From contig CM041465.1 of the NCBI GenBank assembly GCA_023213395.1, positions 55,683,741-55,747,740 on the forward strand: DNA of 64,000 bases. The letters run 5' to 3'. Position 1 is the stretch's first letter, and every line of letters begins with the position of its first letter. The notes under the pieces were generated by a model. It had not been told where the DNA came from. It made no database searches and saw only the letters and a list, made by a program, of their open reading frames with translations. The stretch is from Cycas panzhihuaensis. Its lineage: Eukaryota; Plantae; Cycadophyta. Shown here in pieces: positions 25,650 through 42,798 of the stretch. The translations under genes and the position numbers were made by a program.

Positions 25650-28600
25650 ACATGAGGTCTTCTTTTCTACAAGAGGTCTTTTTGGCATCCATTCCTCCTA
25701 TCTTACATGAACTACCAAAAATTTTAGGTGACTCTTCTCAAAATCTTGCATCATATATACAAGCTTTTGAACTTGCATGTGTTAAGTTTTTGCCATATGA
25801 CTATGTGATGATATGGATTTTTCCTAAATCACTTCAAGGTGATGCTTTGAAGTGGTTCTATTACCTTCTTTCTACCTCCATTTTCTCTTTCCAATGATTG
25901 GTTGACTCTTTTATTAATTATTTTAATATTACAAGGCCCTTTGAGTTTGGAATTTAATCTTTGTTTACAATCAAGTAAAATTATTATAAAACATCTCGAG
26001 ACTTTATTATAGGAGATTTCAAGATCAAGTTCATGCTTATCATTCTTCCTTAGACTCTAGTCTTCTTTTTGACCTCTTCACTAACATTTTAAGGCCCCGT
26101 ATACATTTGGAAGTCTTGAAGCTCAGTCCTTAGTCTTATGAAGAGGTTATTAATAGATGCCTATCTCTTGAACTCTTTGAAATTCAAGTGAAAATTAAGA
26201 AAGTTAAAAAGTTATTTCCACCTAAAGAATCAACCCAAGCACCTAAATCAACTCATTCTGAGCTAACTCATGATCACCTTACCTCATCCATTATCACTTG
26301 AGTGAATTATAAATACTAAATTATACATTGATAATCCTCCTCTCAATCCATCTAATCAAGAAGCTAAGGTCATACATCACATTAAAGGAAAGAAGCATTA
26401 GAACCCTCCTTCCCCTCCATTAGTAAAGAAACCCCAATGGTACTCATATCACCAAAGTGATAATCATGATTGAAGTTAATGATGTGTTGTATAAGCAATG
26501 AACTATAAATCTTAACCTCAAGATGATTAAACTTCCAAAGCTAACTAGGATCAACTCATTTATAAAGCCCATTGCCATACCATGAACCTAAGGAAAGTAA
26601 GGATAAAAACAAAGGTAAAACTAAGCAAGAAGAAGCTAGTGAAGATGAGGGTTTGAATTCAAATCTAGCCAAAAATCAAATGCCACACCTCATGCAACAA
26701 GTAAATAAATTAGTAATTAGCATAATCCACCTCCTAAAGGTGGAGCATTTAAAAGAACTAACAATATGTTTGAGGTTATAAAGAACATAGGGCCAACCAA
26801 ATCACCTGATGATTTGATTATCAAGAATCCTAATTCTTTGCCCTTTATTCCCCCTCATCTTATTTAATTTTGGTCTATTCTATTGAAGATAATTCCTACA
26901 AGTATATCAATTATGGATTTGTTAAAGTGTTGCCTTAAATAAAGATAATTATTATTTGATGTTTTAGGAGTCCTTATTCTTAATATTTTGCATGGTCTTA
27001 CTCTCTCCTTCAATCTAACTACCTTATCTAGTCATCCAAAACACACCCCTAATGACATCCACCTTTTTATATTGAGATATCTAAAGATGACATCAATATT
27101 TGCTGAGTCATTATTGCTGAAGGCTTATCTATAAATGTGATTCCTCTTCATCTTGTTGAAGACTTAAAGATTTTTATTTTTAAACCATATGAATGGATTT
27201 ATCATGGCTATGACAAGAACTAGAAAAAAACCCTCGGTCAGGTTACTCTCCCTTTGAAATTAGAAAGGAAGATAATCATGGTTGACCTAACTATCATTAA
27301 TTTAGATCTTGAATATGACATTCTCCTAGGTAGGAGATGGATTACCCAGATGTCCCCTATTTTCTCTTCCCTCTTTGGTGAATTTAGGTTTATTCATGAG
27401 GGAGAGTTAAAGATTATCAAATGAAAACCAAAGCCTATTAAATAGTTAGTTTCTTTAGTTCAAACTATTGTGGAACTTAAAGAGTGTTCTAATTCTTTTA
27501 AGTATTTCTTTTAATCTCTAGGTTTAGGATAATATTTCATCACTGAGACTCCTATTATTCCTAAAATTGAAGTCAATGGCATATGATTGAGAAGATACCT
27601 TTGGAGTTAGATTCTTTATCTTCTTCTATTGATATAGAGATTGTTCATTCTTTTTTATATCCTTTTCCAATTCTTCTTATTTTAGAAGAAGTGCTTGATG
27701 ATTATAATCAAACTTATGATGAGTCACCTTTATTATGAGAAATTGTTCCCATCACCTCACCTGTGAAGGAACAAAACTTCACACATATGTTATATCAACA
27801 TTTGATTAGAAATATGTCAAATAATTCTATATTGCCTACTCACCCACGTAGATGAGTAATTTCACCTCATAACTTTGTGCCTGCATCTAATAAGGTTGCC
27901 TAGTATCAATCTCCCTTCTTCATTACTTGGCTCAACCAACATGAAAAGAAGCTCTTATTACATAAACACCTTGATTTTTCACCTGAAAGTCAAACCCCTT
28001 TAACTTCTTCTTCACCTAGGGCAAGTCAAACACAACCTAGGGAGATCAAAGAAGTTAGTATAATTTCTATCATTTCCCTCCCTTTTTAGGGCTCCTTTTA
28101 GAACTCACCATCACCTATTATCTATATATTTCCACCTAAAAATACTCTTTCAAGTAGTTAGTCTAGCTTTAAATGAGTATTCACTTCAAGTTAGGACTTT
28201 CCAGATCAAGTTACCCCCTTTATACTAGTATCTTTGATTATTAATATTTTCCCAACTGAAGATCATCAATCTTTTGATAATCTTCCTCTTATGGAGTCAT
28301 CACCCTATCTTTCAGTTAAGGCTAGGAATTTTATTCTCATGGATCTTTATCATTTAGAACATTTTAAGAATGATGAGGTGATTTTGGAACATCTGACTAG
28401 ACCTTCATCAAAATTTCCTTATAATCACTATAAGTTAGGCGTCACTAAGCAAATACACCTTGACTTACCACAGGCTAATTCCCATCAATCTTTATATAAA
28501 GCTACATCTTTCATAGACCTTGCCCCTCCTCATTTTGAAGAAAGGAATGCTATGCTTATTGGTGACACCACTGATATTGACTTAGAGTTAGGTGATTCTC

Positions 28601-31130
28601 CAAAGATAATCAAAGTTGAAGTTGATTACTCCCCTAAGGAAATCATTCAATTTAAAAGTATTTTTGTGAGTTTAGCTTAGTTTTTGATTAGGATTATAGT
28701 GATATACATAGTCTTCATCTAAATATTATTGTCCATGATATTACTATTATCTAAGGTATTAATCCAAAACAATAAAAATAAAGACTAATACATCCTCATA
28801 TATTGACTATAATTAAGCAAGAGATTGAGAAACTTTAAAAAGTTAGGTTTATAGAAAGTATCGACTATTTGCAATGAGTTTCTAACACAGTCCCTATTGC
28901 TAAAAAGAATAGATCTTTCTACCTATACATCGATTTTTGTGATATCAATGATACCTATCCCAAAGATAATTTTTCCCTTCCATTCTTAGATCAAATTTAG
29001 GATCAGACGATGGCCTTTAAAGTTATGTCTCTTATAGATGGGTTCTCAAGCTACAATCATATTCTTATCTCTCCTAAGGATCAACATAACACTACTTTTA
29101 ATACTTCTTGGGGGACTTCTGCTTATAAAGTCATGCCATTTGGTCTTAAAAATACTAAAGCTATGTACTAACAAGCTATGGTATTTATTTTTTATGACTA
29201 TATTAGTGTTATAATCATAGTCTATCTATATGACATGCTTGCTTTATCTTATTAAAAACATGATCATATTTAAGATTTATGAGCTATCTTTGAGAGATGT
29301 TAGAAGTTTCATCTTTATTTAAATTTAAACAAGTATGTATTTATTATCATATTAGGAAAAATGTTGGGTAATATAGTTTCATATGATGGTATTAGGGTTG
29401 ATTCATACTAGGTTAAAGCTATCATTGAAATGCCACCCCCTCAAATACAAAAGCAAGTGAAGTCATTCCTTAGGAAGCTTAGTTTCCTTCAATGTTTCAT
29501 TGCTAATTTTACCTTGGATGCTAAACCCTTTACAAATATATTAAAGAAAGAAGTTTTTCTCACCTAGACTCCTTATGTGTAAGAGTCCTTTGATAAGTTG
29601 AAATAAGTATTAGTCTATGCTCCTATCCTTTCTTCTCTTATATTTGAGAAGCCCTTCATTTTGTACACATCTTTTATTAAAGAATCTTTAGTCAGTATGT
29701 TATCTTAGGAGGATGAATTTGGTAAGGAGTGAGTTATCTATTTTATAAGCAAAACATTGGTTACAATAGAACTTTATTATCCTTCCACTAAGAAAGAGTA
29801 TCTTTTATTAGTCTTTACTAGCAAGAAGTTATGTCATTATCTCTTAGGTAACACCATTCTTCTTATCATTCAATTAGATCCAATTAGGTATTTGCTTACT
29901 AAAGTTAATCTTACTAGCCATTTGGGTAAATGGGCCATGCTATTATAGGAGTTTGACTTTCATATCATCAATTGTAAATCTAAAAAGGGAATGGTTATTG
30001 CTAAGATGATGGCCAATGCACCGTTGCCTAATCTTTTAAATGAAATTTTCGATAATAGACTTCTTGATGAGCATATCCTCTAAATGGAGACTATTCCTTT
30101 GAAAGACACCTAGTATAAAGAAATTAAATCCTACTTACATAATCAAACCTTCCCTTCCTTTTCTACTTTAAAGAGGATAAGGAGTATTTTCATTATTGCT
30201 TGTCAATATTTGTTACTTGATGATATTCTTTATAAGTGTTTATTTGTTGGAATTTTATTGAGATGATTTTCACTTGACAAAGCCCATACTACTTTGGTTG
30301 AGTGTCATGATGATATTTATGGAGGCCATTTTAGTGATCAATTTACCTCCCAACACATTTTGTGTATTGGGTATTATTGGCCATCATTATTTAGAGATGC
30401 TCATGCTTACATTTGTAAGTGTGAGAAATGTTAGTCACATTCTACTTTGATTCATTAACTTGCACTAGGTCTCAAGTCTATAATTTCCCAGTGGCCTTTT
30501 TTCCAATGGGGTTTAGACCTTATTGGGTAGATTTTTACTCCATTTTCAAATGGGCATAAGTTCCTCATTACTACTACTAAGTATTTTATGAGTAGAGTGA
30601 AGCCATTCCTTTAGTTTTGACTATAAAAAAGATAGTTGCTACACTTATTTTTTAACATATTATTTGCAGGTTTGGTGTGTTGGATGTTATCATTACTGAT
30701 AATAGGACTTCATTCTATAATCCCCATGTAAATGAATTATGCAAGAAGTTCCATATTACACATCAATTTTTGTCTCCATACCATCACCAAGCTAATGGCT
30801 AAGTAGAAGTATTTAATAAGACTTTGGCTAAGATTTTGGCAAAGACTGTGACCACTTCATATCATGATTAGTATATACAATTATTTCCTACATTATAGTC
30901 ATAGTATATATCAATCAAGAATGCCACTCGCATGATACCATTTTCTATAATCTATGGTGTTGAGGTTATTTTATCTTTAGAGGTATAAATTCCATCTCTA
31001 TATATTTCTTTAAAAGAATTTATTGAAGAAGAGTTTCAGAGAGAGGCTCATCTTTTGGAGCTTGAAAATTAAAAAAAAAAATGTTTAGCTACTTTACAAA
31101 TTAATCTTACTTCTAAAGCTAGGACTCAAG
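25650..31130 (+). pseudogene. Element B gag-pol remnant
   Basis: FPKSLQGDALKWF, YDILLGRRWI, PKDNFSLPFLDQ, YKVMPFGLKN, HLGKWAMLL, ECHDDIYGGHF, WPFFQWGLDLIG. Confidence 0.9.
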
Positions 31131-31162
31131 TTGCACATGATAAGTAATTGAGGCCTCATAGA

Positions 31163-31465
31163 TGTTGGACTAACTATTGCATCTCAGGGATTGTTTATGT
31201 GGACTAACCACCACCTTGGGCCCTAGGACTAATTGCCCTATGGGGTGTTTAGATATGAGATTTGTATCAGACACTAACACCTTGAGGTTTTAGTGTAATG
31301 ACAATCTTAACATGGTATCAAAGCCTCATCCCAAGATCAATTCCCCATGAGTAGCATCAGAGAGGGGGTGTTGGACTAACCACCACATCTCATGTATTGT
31401 TTACATGGACTAATTGCCACCCTCAGCCCTTAGACTAATCACCAGGTGGGGTGTTTAGATACGAT
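31163..31465 (+). mobile_element. TRIM (terminal-repeat retrotransposon in miniature), 3' TDR truncated
   Basis: TDR1 31163-31312 (TGTTGG...TTAACA), PBS TGGTATCAAAGCC 31313-31325, PPT AGAGAGGGGG ending 31368, TDR2 31369-~31465. Confidence 0.88.
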
Positions 31466-32946
31466 ATTACCCTTTCCTTTATCTCTTCCTTTACCCCTAG
31501 GTATGATAGGTGGTCTCCTTACAACCACCCTCTTAACCTCATCTCCCTCATCATCACTCCATACTGGCATGTTATTATATGGATTAAGAACTAACTAGTT
31601 CCTCATCATCCCACTTAATAATGGGCTGTGAGTGCTCATAGCCATAACTCTTGGCCTATTATGGACCTGTGATTATATGTACCGTGTGTTTATCCTCAAA
31701 ACTATGATATTAATCTCACTATGTACTTCCATTGGTCTCATTAATGGAATATGATCATATAATTAGAACATCAGAATTAAACTATAAGAGAATCTGCCAT
31801 GTCCTTATCTCCTACTCTAAGACAACTATAAGCTTATACTATCTAAGATAAACTCATCCTAGTTCATCTTTGTCCTTACCTTAGACTACCTACTAATCCA
31901 TATCCATTAGGTCAAGACTCTTATGAAGTTTTATGTCCTAGTAATATGAAATACGATGATATATGCTATCACCTTTATCAATGCTGGAATACCCTCTTCT
32001 ATCCTCATTTTCTCTAATAAAACTCCATGAGGACCAAATTGATCAGTATACCTTATGAGGTATTGATTACATGCCTCCTAAGACTCCTCATCTATCACCC
32101 TATTCAATCTAATCTCTCATTCTTGCTAACTGACTTTAAGAATCCTCCCTACATCCTGAGAAGTGATCTTGATATTGTCGATCCTTCTAACTTTGAAAAC
32201 ACCATATGGAGGAATCCAACAACTCAAAAAATCCTCCAAAATCTCATACTCCATCATTAACTATATGGAATGGTTCACTCTAACTAGGCCACATCATCTT
32301 AGGATTTACTAATCCTCAGCCAAAAGGGCACCTATAAAAGTGCCTATAACTAACCCTTCATTCTCCTTAGTCTCTATCCTTTTAATAGGATGCATCATAG
32401 TAGATTTAAGTAAGTTAATTTTAATATTCAAGAGTTTTTTATTTTTTTTTTTCTTTTGTATTTTTCTTAACCAAGTACTATTCTACTAAAAATATGATTT
32501 CATAGTAAAAAACATGATTTCTATATTCTAAAATGTGATTTGTTAATTCAAAAACATAATTTCATATACTGTGTAACTACAAAAATCATGTTTTTGAGCT
32601 AAAAATTATGTTTTGAATATGTTCTTTATATTTTTTCCCATAAAGTTATATTTTTCAATGGAAAATCACACAAAAAGAAACAATTTCTTATTGTAGATGT
32701 ACCAAATAACATGCCCCTTGATGCATTGTCTCAAAACAAACTCCCTTATGTAGATATCACTTTCAATCAACTATCTTATCACTCCATAAGATCTCAAATT
32801 TTCTTCATCTAGTTTAATTCTATTTAATAAGGGGAATATGTTACATCTCTATAGGAAGGCCTTCCTAAGATTAATATCGTCAATCTCAAACATACTAATA
32901 TACTATAAAATCTATTTCCTTATAGATTTCACTCTTCATTTGTATT

Positions 32947-33080
32947 CTCCAAAAATCCATCTATTGAAGAACCTAAACTATGATAGTTACACTCCAAAAA
33001 TTCACCTACTAATGAGCCTAAACTATAGTAATTTTAAACTCTAAAAAGTCATCTATTAATAAGCCTAAACTATGACAATC
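32947..33080 (+). repeat. ~45-bp degenerate tandem repeat (3 copies) in 3' region of B
   Basis: Units start 32947, 32992, 33039: CTCCAAAAA..CA.CTA.T.A...CCTAAACTAT. Confidence 0.75.
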
Positions 33081-33433
33081 CATCTTGTTATGCTCTTGCA
33101 TAGGATCTTCACTCTAAAGCATTGTTAATGAGGTTAAATTATAATAATAACTTCCATTTAAGCCCCATCCATTTAATGAGCATTCTAGTATCATTACTAG
33201 TTAAGCTTGTTAGTATAATTTAGTACTAGTGTAAGACCTTTTTTCACTTATTCTTATTAGAATTTACTTTTGATTAAGGTTGTTTTCATAATTCTCCCAT
33301 TATACATAGTCTCTTCATTCAGATCTCTCTTCCAAGATATTAGGAATGCTTCCACCTTTAACTCCATGTTGCCACCTTTCATCATCCTACTTTCACATTA
33401 AATCAAGAGTCCCAAGTGTTAAGGAGTCAATTA

Positions 33434-36443
<3,010 letters not shown>

Positions 36444-38060
36444 ATAACCATGTCCATTAGCTCATTAGTGATTTTCTCGATTTCATTCTTTTAAAAGTAT
36501 GAGTTTTAATAAGGTCTAAGGCTAATGGGATTGTGAGGGATCTTGAGCTCATTGGTATTGTAGCAATGATAATCTAGGTTTGGGGGGGTTGGGGGTGGCC
36601 TACTACGAAGGAGGGTGAAGGTAGACTAGTACTTAGAGAGGATATGTTAGATATTTAGGTGGATGTTAGTATGGACTTGAACATTGTTGATGCATACTAT
36701 ATAACTAACACTACTATTTAAATATTTATATATTTGATTTAGGAAAATGAGTTTCTTGGTAGGCAATTAAATACCATGAAGCTTATGTGTTTGTCCATGA
36801 TTATCTTTAAATAATATAAAAGGATTATTAGAGGAATTATTAGTGCTATAAGCACTAAAAGTTTATAGCCACTAGACCCTAAGGATAGCATCTAACCCTC
36901 TAATAAATAATGCATAGAAATCTAAGACCAAATGGTAGGTGGCAATTTGAATATATATATTTTTTATTATTCCTATATAATAGAGAGTGCAACATCTTGA
37001 TAGAGAATAAGTGAACCTAGTTTTATGGATAATGCATAGGGTAGCTTGCTTAGCCAAGGATATATTAATAAAGTTAAGTGACATACCAACATTAATTAGG
37101 ATGGTAATAAGAGTTTTTCAAAGTGTTCCCTTAACATGTAATGGTTTATGGCAAGAGGCAAAAGAAATAATAGATAGACTCTTTAGGCTTAGGATTTAGT
37201 GTTAGTTATTCTAGTGATTTATCTTCAAGTTTAGGGTTAATATCAAAATCTTTCTCTAAAGACAAGTCAAGGTTAATGGTGAAGACTATTTTATTGACTT
37301 TATAGACCTTATTATTACCAAGGTTTTACTTCTTCGAATATTTGATATAGAGGTCTCTTTGCACCTATTTACTTCTATTATTAGTATGTGGATTGGATCT
37401 ACTAAGGGCTCTATTGATAGATACTATGACTCTTCCCTATACAACCACTAATATTATAAGTTTGATTATCATGGATGTTGGTACTAAGTAGAGTAACGAT
37501 GAAAAGTGGCTAGCCAGTCAACTATAAATTCAACCTTAACTGCCTTAGCCATAGAGATGGCTTCTCTTAAATCCATTAGAGGAATCATCTTAAGTTGTAT
37601 TTAAATATATTCCTTGAGTCTAAACACATATATATTGATGATTATTTTCCAATAAAGTAATTGGATGACTCAATTTTATAATATTTAGAATTCTTCCATA
37701 TATGCTTTCATGGATGTTATTTATTTCAGTCAAGTGAATTGACTGAAAAAGGATTGGTTCTATGTTTCTTCATATTGTTTAAAGAAATTCTTGTAAAATT
37801 TTGTCCAAGTTTGATCTATTCCATGCTCTTATTACAACCAATGAAACTAATGATGCACCTTGCCTTCTACATAAATAGAGGAAAATTTTAATTGATCCCT
37901 AGGAGACATGGGATTAATAGAAATGTGTAATTCCTACTTGTTAATCAAGCTTGTCACAATGTCACTATTAAGATTTGGATTAAATATTGGTATTATAGTT
38001 TTATGGTAGAATGGCTATTGACATGGTAGAGGAGTTGATGTATGTGTGAGAGGTGGAGGT

Positions 38061-41000
38061 TGTTATGATCCTCATTAATATGATTAAACATAAGTTATAT
38101 TTGAAAAGGTAAAATTTAAAGGCCACAACCTTTCAAAAAAGATAGCATACCAATTATAAATATATTAAGACCAAATATAAATGATCATCACTTATATTTT
38201 TATTAAAGAATAAATTGGTCTTTTGACTATTAAAACATTCTCAAGTGCCCATTATGCTCTTTAACTCTCTAAAACCTATTCTTTGCTCCCAATTATGAAC
38301 TAGGTTCATAATAAGTGGTGTTAGAGCCACGTTTCTACCCTATACGAAAAGAGAAATAAAATAAGAGTCCTTAATTAGGGAAATTAATACTTATCTTAGT
38401 ATTAACCATCATGTCTTTATAAGAAAGAAATCTACATATTTAAATCTACATAACATTTATATTTCTGGTGCTTATACATCAATACTTTACTTGAATAAAC
38501 AAAATAATAAGTGATTTAATCTACTTAACTATGTTATTATGCTATTACACTCTATATAAAGCACTCCTAGCATGCAGAGATTATAATCTGTGGGCAGTAC
38601 TTTAACCTAACAAAAATATATTCATTGCCTATTTATTCTAATTTAATGTCCTTACATTAACCTAGTGGAAACATATTTGTTTAAATTATAGTTGAAGGCA
38701 TAATCATATTTATGCCAGTTATTTTCATCATAATCTATATGAATTTTCCCTATCCATTCTAATCAATAAAACTAATTACCATTTACCATGCTTATGTCAA
38801 GTGTGTCTATATTTTAAGCTAGTAGAAGGCATGAATATATTTAAGCCAATTGTTTAGCTATATTTTCCATAGTTTGTATTAATCAGTCATGTTTATTCTG
38901 ATCTACATCATCCATATTCTCATATCTTTAGATTGAATTACCCATATACAATCTATGTTACCCATAGTCTCATATCTTTAGTCTAAATTTCTAATATATA
39001 ATTTGTCATCCATACTTGAATTTCCCATACACAATCTGCAGTGCCTATTTTTAAATGTCCTATATATAGTTTGCATCACCTATATTTGCCTTTTAGAATA
39101 TACATATTTTCTTTAATTAATCATTTATATAATCCACTTATACATTTACTTTATTAGTATAGTATATATATATATATATATTATATACACTACTCTAATA
39201 TAGTTATATTACATATATTTTTATATATATTATAATTATATTAATATTTTCAAGGAGTATTTCATCAATATACAAAGAAACATAATTTTTCATCTTGTTT
39301 GGAGATGTGTACATAGTCTTCTAAGGGTCTTACTAGATATTTTTATTAGGCATTCATCTATCATACCTAGCCTTGTGTGAAGATGGATAATCAAATTTAA
39401 CACATTATAGAACTATATTATTTCTAAGCATATAACTATTGAAGAATAAAGTGAACTCAATTAAGAAGGTTATAATTGAATATATTAACTCATAGTGATG
39501 GAAGGCTACCAATGGAATTACACCTACATCATTCTAAATATAATGAACACTAAGGAAATGGATGAAAACTTAATTTAAAAGGATATAGTTGAACCTATCC
39601 CCCAAGCAATTCATGAAGTAGTTTATACATTTGAATATACTCATAGACCATATCTTACATCAAACTTTATATAAATTAACAATTATGGCATCAAGCAGAA
39701 AGTATGATATAATTATGTTTAACTTGGAATATGAAAGAATTAGTCACCATTCATATGTTAGAACCAGATTTACAAGAGATAATTTTAGACCTTAAATAAT
39801 TCAAGTTAACCTTGACAATGAACTGATCAAGAAATATCTTAATAACCACCAAAATCTAACACCTGGACAATAAAAAGTGGTGCAGTTTTAAATATATTTT
39901 AACTATTTACAAACTATATAATCTCAAAAAAATAAAAAGCTAGAAAAGCTTACAATATAATACTTTAACATTGAGCAAAAGATATATGGACCAAGAGTAT
40001 ATATTCAACAAATAGAAAATTATTTTCATTTGGTTAAAATTGAGCCAATTGAACAAGTTACTTTAACAACCTTATATATGGATGGAATAACATATGAATA
40101 GTGGCAAAGTTTAGAATGTGCCATATTCTAAAACTAATTAGCAACATTGGAATAATTTATTTATTTATTCATTAAGAGATTTAAAATTATAACTAATTGT
40201 ATTTACTACTGTGAACTACAAAAGTTAAGGTAAATATGAACTGTAGAAGAATATAACATGTCATTTACTAAGTTGAGCTATGTACTAGAAGATATCCCAA
40301 CTAGTAAACTCATTCAATTATACATCGATGGCCTAATAATGGAAATCTAAGCTAATGTGAAGATCTAAGAACTAAAGGATCTTAACAAGTTAATACAATT
40401 AGATAAAATACATGAAGTCAAGCTTAATGCATTATGTAAGACAAATTCAAACCCCTATATTCCTCCATTTTCCTAACCTAGTCCATTACCAAGTGTTCAA
40501 CATAAACCATTATCAATCAATCTTAATCAACCCACCAAACTAATCCTTTAAAAGACAAGAACAAAATAAGAAGAGTTAAGGAAAAAATATCTATTCTTTA
40601 GATGTGAAGAAAAGTGGGTCCCTAGGTATAGATATCAAAAGAACTAACTATATATAATTAGATCATTACTAGATGATGATATTGATGAAGAAGAAAAGGA
40701 ATAACGCTTAGAAAACAACTAAAAAAAGTATCATAATTATGAACATTAGAAAAATTATTATAATCTCAAGGTTGAAAACTCAAAAATATCATTCTCATCT
40801 ATGAAGAATTTCACTTAGTTAAATATATTAAAACTACAAGGATTTATTAAAATCAAGTTATTACAATCTTGACGGATTTAGATCATACTCACAATTTTAT
40901 TAATAGAAATTGTGCTCAACAACTAAGAGTAATTCTATTAAAAACTCCTCATTTACAAGTAAGTGTTAAAGGAATATAGGTGATATTGGGTCGAGGTGTG

Positions 41001-41831
41001 ATGAAAAATGTTAATCTCATGGTGAGTAATATCATTATTACAGAAAATTATTATGTCCTTGATGTGAGAGGTATAGATATTATTTTAGGCAGTCAATGGC
41101 TTAGTACACTTAGAACATTCAAAATGAATCTAGACAAGTTATTTATAAGATTCAAGAAGGAAGGAAGAACCATCATGTTTTTAGGAAGAGAACCAAGAAA
41201 AACCAAAGTAATATCATATAAGCATATGAAGAAAGAAACTAGGAAGCATCATTAAGATATAAGGGCTTAGATTTTAATATTCTAAGTAAAAACCAAACTG
41301 ACAACTAAACAAGATGAAATGTACAAAACACCTAAAAAACATAAAAAAAATTTACCAAGGTCTTCAAGAAAAATCATCTTCTAATAAAAGCTTACAACAT
41401 CCTAATAATCTTCTAATGGGCATAAACTCATAGATATTCAAACCTATAAGGAGACACATCACTATCGAGATAAAGTTTCAACATAATATCAGATAAATTA
41501 CAATGTTCATTTTAAGGACTATGGTTATTTATTATGTTTAACTATGTTTTAAGGATGAAATATTCTAAGGGGGAGGCTCTGTTATGACCCTAATTAATAT
41601 GATTAAACATAAGTTATATTTAAAAAGGTAAGATTGAAAGACCACAACCTTTCAAAAAGACACCGTGTCAAATGTAAATATATCAACACCAAATGTAAAT
41701 GATCATCATGTATATTTTCATTAAATAATCAATTGTTCTCTTGACTATTAAAACATTCTCAAGTGCCTATTATACTCTCTAGCTTCTTGAAACATGTTCT
41801 TTACTCTTAGTTATGAACTAGGTTTATAATA
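38061..41831 (+). mobile_element. Element C: Gypsy derivative with gag and protease only, inserted in gag of A
   Basis: LTRs 38061-38313 and 41580-41831, perfect TSD GAGGT, PBS TGGTGTTAGAGCC 38316-38328, PPT AAGGGGGAGG ~41567. gag ~39950-40650, protease (DIILGSQWLSTL) ~40850-41250; no RT/RH/INT. Confidence 0.9.
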
Positions 41832-42798
41832 GAGGTGGTGTGCCTATTACATTTGAGATAGATGGCATATTAGATACTAGTACAAATAACTATATGGATA
41901 ACTTCATAATATTATCAAACGAGTTATCAATTTCTTATTGAGGTTATCTATTTTTTTATTAAGGTTATTATTCATATCTGAACTAAGTCTCTAATGTTGA
42001 GAGTCACTCTTCTTTAGTGGGAGCTATTATATAAATAAATACTACTACTTGAAGAGAGTAAAGAAATAGATTTTATTAGAATGTGATTATTTTCATATAT
42101 ATAATGTTTAATATAAGGTTATGATCTTACACAATCTCACACCTAAAAGCATCGATAAGTGTGAAATACAAAAATATTTATGTATGCATCCTATTAAATT
42201 ATGATGGGGCTTAAAGATATTATAAGCTATTCATGAGATACCATAATCTATAAATATGTACATATCATTGGAATACGTGATATTCTTACATATCTAATAT
42301 TCAATATGATATAGTAGACCTACACAAAATCCTATTTGTCAAAAGTATTTAGGGATGTAATATGCATATTTATTCCTATAAATATGTATATACATCACTT
42401 AAGAACTTGAGAAAGGATTGAGAGAGGAATGACTCATTTAGAGATGTAATCATTTGATATTTAAAGAGGAGCTTCCAACTCCAACCTTCTCCTATGGTTT
42501 TTTCCATCCTAGGTTTTTCACATATAAATTTGTTATATCTCTTATGGTGATGCTTTATCATGTATTTTGATGTTTATACTTTATATTTCATATTATTACT
42601 TTATATGTTAATCTTAGATATATGAATTATATATATCCTTTATAATATGATTGATATATTATATATATTTGATATACTTTCACTATAATTAATGATTATA
42701 TTCCAATATGGTACCATAGTTAAATTATAAATTCTAATATAGTATTAGAACCATGTTATAAAAGATCTTATGTAAGTAGGTAGTAAACTTATACCTAA

